Shown piece after piece: positions 9,272-17,578 of a stretch of DNA of 55,383 bases. Source of the stretch: a virus (taxonomy: Duplodnaviria > Caudoviricetes); IMG/VR virus record IMGVR_UViG_3300042923_000371, positions 1-55,383 of that record. The stretch is one strand, 5' to 3'. The position numbers and the translations under genes are program-made. How positions within the stretch are numbered: the stretch's first letter is position 1; each line of letters starts with the position of its first letter. The notes under the pieces were generated by a model, which ran no database searches, was not told the origin of the DNA, and was given only the letters and a program-made list of their open reading frames with translations.

Positions 9272-9337
9272 GTTTATCCCTCCATGAATTTAATTTTTAA
9301 TTGATAAACCATTATGTCAATTTCTATGTCTGTAAGC

Positions 9338-9382
9338 GTTGAGGGCATTTCTGCCCTGTTGGAATCTTACCAACCTTGCAAC
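9338..9382 (-). ncRNA. Structured RNA motif, copy B (three-way junction)
   Basis: Minus strand GUUG-CAAG-GUUGG[UAAGAUU]CCAAC-A-GGGCA[GAAA]UGCCC-U-CAAC. Confidence 0.6.
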
Positions 9383-9390
9383 CTCGGGAC

Positions 9391-9573
9391 TTATTCTGCT
9401 CTGAAATTAACACAGTCACAATTTTTTAATGCTATACTATCTGCTATATATTCTTTTGCTACTTCTATTGCTTCTTCTTCACTTTCTGCTGATACTGCTT
9501 GCAATGTTCCTGTGTGGTATTTTCCTGCTCCCTTATCATAAATGGTATTCCAACTAACTTTGTATTCTCTCAT
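9391..9573 (-). CDS. Hypothetical early protein
   Basis: RBS GGAGG; VSAESEEEA motif typical of small phage proteins. Confidence 0.7.
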   Translation of the reverse strand: MREYKVSWNTIYDKGAGKYHTGTLQAVSAESEEEAIEVAKEYIADSIALKNCDCVNFRAE

Positions 9574-9601
9574 TTTATACCTCCAATTTTATTGCCTTAT
9601 C

Positions 9602-9654
9602 AGGTTGAGCTTTGGGGAATCTCTTCCCCTGCTGAATTTCACAGCCTTGAACCT
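9602..9654 (-). ncRNA. Structured RNA motif, copy A (three-way junction)
   Basis: Minus strand AGGUU-CAAG-GCUG[UGAAAUU]CAGC-A-GGGGAA[GAGA]UUCCCC-AAAGCUC-AACCU. Confidence 0.6.
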
Positions 9655-9672
9655 TGCCCTGTTTAATCGTTT

Positions 9673-9837
9673 TTATTTATTCTGCCAAATTTCAAGTTTT
9701 ATAATTATTTTTTCTAATTCATTAGCTTCTTTCTTTGCACCAATCTCAAGTAATTTATAATATTTATGTCTTAATTCGTCTTTTTCGTGGTTTACAGAAC
9801 TTTTTAATTCTTCAATTTTTTCGTAATTTTGGTTCAT
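9673..9837 (-). CDS. 54-aa first gene of the leftward operon, MNQNYEKIEELKSS...
   Basis: Below the ORF cutoff; GGAGG RBS directly after the promoter. Confidence 0.65.
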   Translation of the reverse strand: MNQNYEKIEELKSSVNHEKDELRHKYYKLLEIGAKKEANELEKIIIKLEIWQNK

Positions 9838-9868
9838 TTCTCTACCTCCGATTTATTTGATTAACTAC

Positions 9869-9897
9869 ATAATATCACATATCCAAGTATCATGCAA
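9869..9897 (-). promoter_or_regulatory. Sigma-A promoter of the leftward operon
   Basis: TTGCAT-N17-TATTAT with extended -10 TG. Confidence 0.7.
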
Positions 9898-10121
9898 GAT
9901 AATTTAAGTTAAACAATTGTAACATTTATAAAATCACAACAAATCATTGAAATACTATATAATAATATATTTAACTATTGTTTTAATTAAATCAATGTGT
10001 TACAATGTAGCAGTAAAGTTATTTCAATAACTTAACAATTTTACCGGAACTATTAGAGAGCAGTCTTAATAGTTACACCAAAATGCGGTAGGAATTTCGC
10101 AATGACTACCCAATATAACAT

Positions 10122-10158
10122 AAAGGAAGCAGTTACCCCTTAGCTGACTTCTTTTTTT
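10122..10158 (+). terminator. Rho-independent terminator
   Basis: GGAAG-CAGTTA/TAGCTG-CTTC stem plus T7. Confidence 0.6.
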
Positions 10159-10170
10159 AATGTCAAATCA

Positions 10171-10303
10171 AATGCAGTGGCGGAAAGGGTAACGCATCTA
10201 AAGAATACATAGCTTATAGACGTATATTAAAATGGTTGGCTGTGCGGTGAAAGTCCGTAATAGAGTTGACGAACGTGCAAGGTCCAATTCCTTGCCTGCA
10301 ATT
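10171..10303 (+). ncRNA. tRNA-like RNA with expanded (about 80-nt) anticodon region
   Basis: Acceptor AATGCAG/CTGCAAT, D-arm TGGCGGAAAGGGTAACGC, T-arm GCAAGG-TCCAATT-CCTTGC. Confidence 0.6.
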
Positions 10304-10324
10304 TTAAAAATAAATAATTAGGAG

Positions 10325-11026
10325 GTGCTTTTAATGGCACAGAAGAAAAAAGCTGTCACTAGCACAGCCGCCAATATAAAACAAAAAACTAAAGGTACAA
10401 ATATACCACCCACAGATGAAACGTGCGTTAAAACTCAATCTGTGACCTCTGATAATGATATAAATGATAAAAACTTAGAAGTTAAGCCTGGCGGAATCAA
10501 AAAAGACGGTCAACCATGGATTCCTGGTCGTAAAGCTGTCGAAGAAAAATTAACTCCTGATTTCTTGGCCCGTTTAACTGCTTATGCATCACAATCTATT
10601 TCAAATTTAAAGATAGCTGAAATGATAGGTATATCGTCAGCATCATTTTATAAATTAATGGGCGAAAGTCCTGATTTTAAACTTGCTTACGAAAAAGGCA
10701 TAGATTACCGAAAATATGAACTAGAAAAAGCACTTATTAAAAGAGCAGAAGGCTACACAGCAGAAGAAAAGCAAACAGTTATTACAGATGACCCTGAAAA
10801 GGGAAGAATAGTTAAAAACACTGTTACTCAAAAAAACTATGTTCCAGATACTACTGCTTTAATATTTAGCTTGAAAAACCTTTATGGCGATAAATATAAA
10901 GATAGAGTTGAATCGGTTAATACTGTAAACATAAATGTGCAACAAATTCAGAACATTCCCGATGAAGAACTGTTGAAATATGCGAATATGGATTTAATTG
11001 AGGATGCCGACTATCAGATAGAATAA
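10325..11026 (+). CDS. terS: Terminase small subunit (HTH-containing)
   Basis: HTH (LKIAEMIGISSASFY), ELEKALIKRAEGY and PDTTALIFSLKN motifs typical of TerS. Confidence 0.75.
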   Translation: MLLMAQKKKAVTSTAANIKQKTKGTNIPPTDETCVKTQSVTSDNDINDKNLEVKPGGIKKDGQPWIPGRKAVEEKLTPDFLARLTAYASQSISNLKIAEMIGISSASFYKLMGESPDFKLAYEKGIDYRKYELEKALIKRAEGYTAEEKQTVITDDPEKGRIVKNTVTQKNYVPDTTALIFSLKNLYGDKYKDRVESVNTVNINVQQIQNIPDEELLKYANMDLIEDADYQIE

Positions 11027-11715
11027 TTTTTTTAAACCCCTTTTAGTGGGAGGAAACATGATTAATTAAAGAAAAGCTACACGCATTTATAAAAAGGATA
11101 TTATTCTCAAATATGAGAAATACAATTATCAAAATGATAAATGGCTGAAAATACACGTTTTCTTAATCAATAAATTATATGAAATAATAACTATTATTAC
11201 GCATATGGCTAATTTTCAATACTTTCACAACAGCAAATTGCCTATTTCCGAAAATCCCCTTTTTAACCACAGAGAAAATACCTCCTGCTCTGTATGTTAA
11301 TGAGGGGATATATACTGCAAAGCTGATAGGGTATGCTGATGCCTGATGTATTGGAAAGCACAGGACCACCCTTCCCCTTTTTACCGGGGAGTGGGTTGGA
11401 GAAATAGGTAATCATAGTTAGCCCCTCCAAGACACACAAAATCACCTAGCAATAACACCCTTAAAGATAAGCATAAATTAACAAGCTTAAAGGGTAGGGG
11501 GGTGTAAATAAAGACACTCAAAAATATAATTTTTATTTTTTTAGAAGTAATTAAAACCGTCCGAATTTGCTAAGGCAATTCGTACAATAAGATTAATAAG
11601 GTACGGATTGAATGTTTCACGGTTAGTTATTGTTCAAATTATAATAGTTTCACGGTTATTTTTTTGGAATCAAATTATCCCAATAAATTATATTTAACAA
11701 AGTAGGTGATGTGCT

Positions 11716-12324
11716 TTGCAATTAGGAGAAAATGAATTCTTACTGTTTAACCCTGATACAGGGGAGATAAAAGGAATATTTGATAGCGAAACACAGACTA
11801 TTAGAAGCAAGGCACAAGTTGAATATTACAATAAACATAAATTTGAGATAAATGCGGACAAGGTGTATGACTTTGGACAGAGTGGTAAATTTAATATGTT
11901 TAGTACATTTTCAATAGAGCAATTAGCAAATGAAGGACTAACAGGCACAGATTATAGAGTATTACTCTTAATGATGTCTGGGGTAGGATACAAAACAGGC
12001 TATATATCAATGGGTAATAATCATTCTATGACACCTGAATGGATGGCTAAGAAACTAGATATTGATAAAAAGACAGTAGATAGAATTTTAAAGAAGTTAA
12101 TTGATAAAGGAATTATAGCAATAAACATAACAGAAAAAAAGAAATCATACTTTATGAATCCATACATCCAATATAAAGGCAGATGGATAAGTAAAGACTT
12201 ATATTGTATGTTTAAAGATACAAAGTGGGCGAAGCAAGCAGCAGAAGAACGAGAGAAAGAACTAAAAAGGCGAGAAGCTATGGAAATTAGTAAAGAGAAA
12301 AGAAAGTATTTAGGAGTTGATTAA
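11716..12324 (+). CDS. RepL-like winged-helix protein (Firmicute plasmid replication protein family)
   Basis: NPDTGEI start, wHTH, YFMNPYIQYKG. Confidence 0.65.
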   Translation: MQLGENEFLLFNPDTGEIKGIFDSETQTIRSKAQVEYYNKHKFEINADKVYDFGQSGKFNMFSTFSIEQLANEGLTGTDYRVLLLMMSGVGYKTGYISMGNNHSMTPEWMAKKLDIDKKTVDRILKKLIDKGIIAINITEKKKSYFMNPYIQYKGRWISKDLYCMFKDTKWAKQAAEEREKELKRREAMEISKEKRKYLGVD

Positions 12325-12657
12325 ATGGACATTGTAGTTACTATACCAAAATCAGAATACAAGAATGACGATAAAGAAACATTTGACATAATAAACAATG
12401 ACTTTACAGCATTTTGGACATTCAAACGTGCATTTCCTAAAAAACTATATAAAGGCGATAAAGTATATTTTGTAAAACATAACAAAATAGATAGTTCAAT
12501 GGTAGTAACAGAAGTTTGCAGTGAATATCAACAAATATGTGCTACGACAAATAGAACGTGGCAAGGTCATATTATCATGTTAGACGATTTGAATGATGAA
12601 AGAGATTTGAATATTGAAGTTAAAGGCTTTCAAGGCTTTAGATATAAATGGTGGTGA
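12325..12657 (+). CDS. PUA/ASCH-like protein
   Basis: KGDKVYFV and C-terminal VKGFQGFRY. Confidence 0.45.
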   Translation: MDIVVTIPKSEYKNDDKETFDIINNDFTAFWTFKRAFPKKLYKGDKVYFVKHNKIDSSMVVTEVCSEYQQICATTNRTWQGHIIMLDDLNDERDLNIEVKGFQGFRYKWW

Positions 12658-12663
12658 TTCCAT

Positions 12664-12864
12664 GTGAAAAAGATAACTATATACAGTAAATGGGATGTAG
12701 ACAAGCTAGAATGTGTTTGCTTGCTGTCAAATCCCCTATGCGATAGATATAAACAATGTGAAGAATTAGACCTTGTTCTTAACGTGTACGGAGATATAGA
12801 AGAATGTATGCGAAACAGGAAGTATAAAAAAGAACATGGTGTAGTAAAGCAAATTGGAAAGTAA
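12664..12864 (+). CDS. Hypothetical protein
   Basis: GGTGG RBS; in operon. Confidence 0.55.
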   Translation: MKKITIYSKWDVDKLECVCLLSNPLCDRYKQCEELDLVLNVYGDIEECMRNRKYKKEHGVVKQIGK

Positions 12865-12876
12865 AGTGGTGATTAG

Positions 12877-13269
12877 ATGAAGGAATATAAAAATGGTGAT
12901 TTTACTAACTATTATGATACTTCTATTTTGCCAAGTGGACAAACTATAAGAATTGAATTTCAAGAAGAATGGGGCAAATCGAAAAATTTTTACAATATAT
13001 ATTTGGTTACTTCACATAAAAGAAGGCAAGCTGATTCAACTTATGGAATTGCAACAGGTAAAGATGGTTTTAAGGGTTTATTATGGGTTAAAAATAAAAT
13101 AATTGAATTTGAAAAATTCATAAAAGAAAAATATCCTGATATTCACGTAATAATTTATTGTGATTGGACTGATAACAGAAGAAGAAAGATATATGAACGT
13201 GGTTTATCTAATATTGGATATAAATACAATTTTTTATTCAATAAAAAAGTTTTAAGCAAAACAATATAA
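12877..13269 (+). CDS. Hypothetical protein
   Basis: 130-aa ORF in operon. Confidence 0.65.
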   Translation: MKEYKNGDFTNYYDTSILPSGQTIRIEFQEEWGKSKNFYNIYLVTSHKRRQADSTYGIATGKDGFKGLLWVKNKIIEFEKFIKEKYPDIHVIIYCDWTDNRRRKIYERGLSNIGYKYNFLFNKKVLSKTI

Positions 13270-13283
13270 AAGTTGGTGATTGA

Positions 13284-14360
13284 ATGAGTAGTATTCCAAT
13301 AGAAGTTAAGAAGAAATGCATTGAAATGTCAAAGAATGGTATGACAGCAAGAGAAGTTTACACCGAATATTACAGTAAAACATATGATACAAGCTTTGAC
13401 GGATTCAGAGGAATGTTGAAGAAGTGGAAAAGAAAATCATATGCAGATGATGCGATACTAGAAGTTGGAAACCTTGATTATAAATTTACACCATATGCGA
13501 CAACAGTACAAGTCAACAAAGACGGTGAAATCACTCAAAGTTGGATAAAGTCAAAGACTAGCGATAACATTTATCTTGAATTAATTGAAAACATTAATAA
13601 TTTGAAACCATTTGAACCTATTACTAAACGTGAAAAACAATCAGTAGATAGAATGTTAGAAATACCCTTTGATGATATGCATTTTGGTGTAGCTACTTTT
13701 GATGATTACGAAGATACTTTGCAAGATACACTTGAAATAATGGAATCACATCAATATAAAGAAATTAATGTAATTATAGGTGCTGATTTATTACATACAG
13801 AAGATTTAAAAGGTCATACGTCTAATGGCACATATATAGGCGAGATTGATGTTCCTAAAGCATATAACGATACATTAAGATTTTACTTTGCTTTAATGGA
13901 AAAAGCATTAAATTGTAGCGAAAGAGTTAAAGTCACATATTCAATAGGAAATCATTCAGAGACATTAAGCTGGACAATAGTACAAGTTCTAAAGGTTAAG
14001 TTTCCACAAGCTGAATATGACGATTCTATTGATGAATTAAGAAAAGTTATTATATATGGCAATATATTTATCGGTTTAACTCATGGCGATACTATTAAGA
14101 GTAATCTAAGAGATGTAAAAGACTTGTTTATTGAAGAAAATACAATGGCATACGCTAAAGCTAAGATAAAAGAAATTCATGTATCGCACTTGCATTTACT
14201 GAAAGAAACAGGAGATATGAACGGTTGTGTAGTAAGAAGATTATCAACTAAAGTTCCTGCTGATAAATGGAGTAAGAAACATGGTTATACAACAGGAGTT
14301 AAAAGATTTATGTTGTTTGAATACAGTTCAGACAAACTGTTATCAATACATTATGTTTAA
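13284..14360 (+). CDS. Calcineurin-like metallophosphoesterase with N-terminal HTH
   Basis: DMHFG, GADLLH, GNH, HGD and HLH metal-binding motifs. Confidence 0.75.
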   Translation: MSSIPIEVKKKCIEMSKNGMTAREVYTEYYSKTYDTSFDGFRGMLKKWKRKSYADDAILEVGNLDYKFTPYATTVQVNKDGEITQSWIKSKTSDNIYLELIENINNLKPFEPITKREKQSVDRMLEIPFDDMHFGVATFDDYEDTLQDTLEIMESHQYKEINVIIGADLLHTEDLKGHTSNGTYIGEIDVPKAYNDTLRFYFALMEKALNCSERVKVTYSIGNHSETLSWTIVQVLKVKFPQAEYDDSIDELRKVIIYGNIFIGLTHGDTIKSNLRDVKDLFIEENTMAYAKAKIKEIHVSHLHLLKETGDMNGCVVRRLSTKVPADKWSKKHGYTTGVKRFMLFEYSSDKLLSIHYV

Positions 14361-14367
14361 ATACAAT

Positions 14368-14460
14368 GGCAGTTCATTTGCAAGAACGTAAGTCCAAACC
14401 CTACCAAGCCACTTAACAATGCGTAACAAGGTAGGTCTGATGCTAGAGCAATCTAGCATA
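14368..14460 (+). ncRNA. Structured intergenic RNA (possibly skipping-rope-like)
   Basis: GTTC/GAAC hairpin, CCTACC/GGTAGG stem, ATGCTAGA-GCAA-TCTAGCAT GNRA hairpin; family name from recall only. Confidence 0.5.
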
Positions 14461-14464
14461 TTTT

Positions 14465-14535
14465 GCCGATATAGTTCAATGGTAGAACAACTGTCCTGTA
14501 AATAGTAAGCGTGGGTTCAATTCCCTCTTTCGGCT
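14465..14535 (+). tRNA. tRNA-Thr(TGT), degenerate
   Basis: Acceptor GCCGATA/TTTCGGC, D-arm GTTC/GAAC, anticodon stem ACTGT/ATAGT with loop CCTGTAA, T-loop TTCAATT; C33 and two T-T mismatches. Confidence 0.7.
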
Positions 14536-14559
14536 TTTTCGTTAAAAGGAAGTGATACA

Positions 14560-16248
14560 TTGTCAGATAAAGAAAAATCAATACTTGAACAAATGCCTTT
14601 ATGGCAAAGAAAAATTATTAGCACTAGAGAAATGGAACGTAGGAAAATTGTTAGAGATATTACATATTTCTTTGAAAACTACATGTTCATTGAAAATAAA
14701 GATGGAAAAACACCAGAAGAACGTTCAGTGCTATTTAAAATGTTTCCTGAACAGAAAAGAGTATTGGAAGAAATAGAAAGTAAATCAAAAAACGTAATAA
14801 TAAAAGCTAGACAATTAGGGTTAACATGGTTAGCAGTAGGATATGGAACGCATGGTTGCATAAGAACTCAACAATATACAGTAGCAATATTATCACAGAC
14901 AGAAGAGTATATGTTTGCAGCAATAGACAGGGTAGAATATGTACTTATGCGACTTCCAAAGTGGTTAATGCAAGAGTATAAAAAGGAAACAGCAGAACAC
15001 AATAGCACGTATTTGTATGAAAAAAAATCAGACGAAGTTATTATATATCATCCAACGGGAGTAGACGGAGTAAGGGTTACAAGTAAAATTAATGGTTATG
15101 TATCAACAGAGCGTTCAGGTCGTTCTATAACAGCCGATTTAATAATACTAGATGAATGGGCATTCCATGATAATGCTGAATTGGTATTCGCAGGAATTGG
15201 ACCTACAATCAATAGACCTGACAGTGGTAAGCTAATAGGAATAAGCACTAATAAAAGGGGTTCGTTTTTTGAAGAAATTGTACTAGATTGTATTGAAAAT
15301 AATGCTGAAATGGGCTTTAATTTACTATTTTTATCAGTTTTTGCAGACCCTAGAAGAACACAAGAATGGTACGAACAAACTAAGAAAACATTCAAAAACA
15401 CATGGCGACAAGAGTACCCAGAGAAAATAGAAGATGCTTTATCGGCAGGCGATTTGACAGCTTTTCCAGAGTTTTCAAGAGAAATACACGTTTGTGAACC
15501 ATTTGAGATACCTAAACATTGGGTTAGGTGGGCTAGTTGCGATAATGGAATGGGCGGAACAAGAGACCCATTTTGTTGGCTTAAAGCAGCAATATCCGAA
15601 GATGGAACAACATACGTTTATTATGAATATTCAACAGAAAAAGGCAAAGGTGATTCAACATATTATTCAGACCAAGCAGTTAAATTTATGGATGATTGCA
15701 AAATAGATATAACAGACGAAGTAAGACAAGAAATAGAAAGTTATCATTTAGGATTTGAAACTGATGAAGTTGAGCAATACGCATTTGAAAAACTTCAATA
15801 TGTAGTTTTTGGACTAGATGCATTTAATAAAGATGTAGCCAAAGGAACAGGAAAAAGCCTTATGGATATATATAAAAATGCAGGCTTTTCATATCCGGCA
15901 GTTAAAGCAGTTACGGAACGAAAGCTAGGCAAAGACACTATACATGAATATTTAAAACCGTTTGATGATTTGATAACAGGTAAGAAAACAGCTAAGTTGC
16001 AAATATTTAATTCGTGCAAATATTTGATAAGTCATTTACCTAAGTTGGTAGTTGATGAAAACAATCCAAATGTAATAGCTGGAAATTCAGCTATTGACAA
16101 TACGGCAGATGCCTTAAAATATTTATTGATTGGTAGTCCAAGAAACGGCACTCAAAAAATTGAAATGGAAGAAACAAATGTTGCAAAATTTAAAAAATCT
16201 AAAATTAAAAAATTACATGGTAGAAAACAGAAAGGAGTAATAAATTAA
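14560..16248 (+). CDS. terL: Terminase large subunit
   Basis: KARQLGLT Walker A, IILDEWA Walker B, WRQEYP, C-terminal nuclease DALKY. Confidence 0.93.
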   Translation: MSDKEKSILEQMPLWQRKIISTREMERRKIVRDITYFFENYMFIENKDGKTPEERSVLFKMFPEQKRVLEEIESKSKNVIIKARQLGLTWLAVGYGTHGCIRTQQYTVAILSQTEEYMFAAIDRVEYVLMRLPKWLMQEYKKETAEHNSTYLYEKKSDEVIIYHPTGVDGVRVTSKINGYVSTERSGRSITADLIILDEWAFHDNAELVFAGIGPTINRPDSGKLIGISTNKRGSFFEEIVLDCIENNAEMGFNLLFLSVFADPRRTQEWYEQTKKTFKNTWRQEYPEKIEDALSAGDLTAFPEFSREIHVCEPFEIPKHWVRWASCDNGMGGTRDPFCWLKAAISEDGTTYVYYEYSTEKGKGDSTYYSDQAVKFMDDCKIDITDEVRQEIESYHLGFETDEVEQYAFEKLQYVVFGLDAFNKDVAKGTGKSLMDIYKNAGFSYPAVKAVTERKLGKDTIHEYLKPFDDLITGKKTAKLQIFNSCKYLISHLPKLVVDENNPNVIAGNSAIDNTADALKYLLIGSPRNGTQKIEMEETNVAKFKKSKIKKLHGRKQKGVIN

Positions 16249-16646
16249 TGAACTTAGGAATACACAAAGCACTAAACAAACGCAGATGCGGAATACACTA
16301 CACCTGCAAAAATGTAGCAGAACACTATATAGGGGATAAAGATAAACCACAAGACCCACATAATTATTATTTATGTGATGAACATTTAGAATTGCTATAT
16401 CAAGAACTAAGCAAGCGATACTCTGACGGTCTTAAACGTTCCCTAGACGAACAAAACAACGTAGGTAATATAAAAGGTCAATCAGCCATAAAAGATTATC
16501 TAACAGCCTTGTACGACAACAACGGAGTAATCTCAAAAGCAAAAATGGTTGAGATATGCCAAAAGCATGGAATAGACTTGCCAGAAGAAACACCGAACAT
16601 GAAAACATTAATGGAAATGCTGTTTATGGACGAATTAAAAAGCTAG
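16248..16646 (+). CDS. Hypothetical Zn-finger protein
   Basis: C..C...YLCDEH. Confidence 0.6.
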   Translation: MNLGIHKALNKRRCGIHYTCKNVAEHYIGDKDKPQDPHNYYLCDEHLELLYQELSKRYSDGLKRSLDEQNNVGNIKGQSAIKDYLTALYDNNGVISKAKMVEICQKHGIDLPEETPNMKTLMEMLFMDELKS

Positions 16647-16655
16647 GAGGAATTT

Positions 16656-16994
16656 ATGTTAATACCAGAAAAAGTAAGGATAGGAAGTTGCGACTATGAA
16701 GTAATATTGACAGATAAACCAATACTTAGAGAAGGTCAACAATGTTATGGACATATTGATTTAGAGCATCGTGAAATTGAAATAGACAACACATTACAAG
16801 ACATTCAAGGGCAAGAAATTACCTTGTTGCATGAAATAGCACACGGAATAATATACGAAAGAGATTTGAAATTGCAAGACGAAGAATTTATTGTTCATGA
16901 ACTTGCAAAGGCACTTCATCAGATAATCAGAGATAACCCAATAATGTTTTTAAATGAAGATGATATTGAATTTGTAGAGGAGGAAACACAATGA
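16656..16994 (+). CDS. HExxH zinc metallopeptidase-like protein
   Basis: TLLHEIAHGI...EEFIV. Confidence 0.7.
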   Translation: MLIPEKVRIGSCDYEVILTDKPILREGQQCYGHIDLEHREIEIDNTLQDIQGQEITLLHEIAHGIIYERDLKLQDEEFIVHELAKALHQIIRDNPIMFLNEDDIEFVEEETQ

Positions 16995-17326
16995 TAGTAA
17001 ATTATGATAATGCAACAATAGAAATTAAATTTAGACAGCCTATGGAAGTTGTTAAAATTGAGAATGTAATGAATATATCAACAGAAAACGGATATATGGT
17101 AATTACAACTCGCAACAACAAGAAATATATTTATAGTGAAATGTATGTAATGTCTATTGAACAACTAGATGAAGTAAACTGGAAAGAAATGATGAAAGTA
17201 GAATTGACTAGGCGAGAGATGTTAAGGGCAAAACTTAATGAGATAATCAAAAAAATGAACGGTAATCAATTATATGAGTTAGAAAAGTATGTTAATGAGG
17301 TGAAAGTAGAATGTTCAAACCACTAA
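16991..17326 (+). CDS. Hypothetical protein
   Basis: RBS GAGGAGG; ATGA overlap. Confidence 0.65.
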   Translation: MIVNYDNATIEIKFRQPMEVVKIENVMNISTENGYMVITTRNNKKYIYSEMYVMSIEQLDEVNWKEMMKVELTRREMLRAKLNEIIKKMNGNQLYELEKYVNEVKVECSNH

Positions 17327-17577
17327 ATAACATGGTAATCATAAAAAAACTAGAAGAAGAAGTAAAAAGTAAGTCAGGAATTATACTATCAGCAAGCACA
17401 GAGGACAGAGAACGGAACGATTTAGGCGAAGTTGTTGCAGTATCAAATGACATTACTGAATTAAATATCGGCGACAAGGTTATTTATTCAAAGTACGCAG
17501 GAAGTACGCTAAAGCAAGGCGGAGAAGATTACTTGATAATAAACATAGATGATATTTTGGCAGTTAAGGAAGAATAA
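17311..17577 (+). CDS. groES: Co-chaperonin GroES
   Basis: KPL...KSGIIL mobile loop, GEVVAV, GDKVIYSKYAGS, DILA. Confidence 0.9.
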   Translation: MFKPLNNMVIIKKLEEEVKSKSGIILSASTEDRERNDLGEVVAVSNDITELNIGDKVIYSKYAGSTLKQGGEDYLIINIDDILAVKEE

Positions 17578-17578
17578 T

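Noticed and set aside
9314-9760. Plus-strand ORFs 9314..9541 and 9542..9760
   Set aside because: Antisense to minus-strand genes that have strong RBSs and to the structured RNA motifs.
11330-11370. Hammerhead ribozyme near CTGATG...GAAA
   Set aside because: The core CUGAUGA is not present and the flanking stems could not be formed.
14465-14535. Reading the tRNA as Tyr(GTA)
   Set aside because: The 5-bp stem ACTGT/ATAGT centres TGT, and the G1-C72/C2-G71 pairs and short variable loop fit Thr, not bacterial Tyr.
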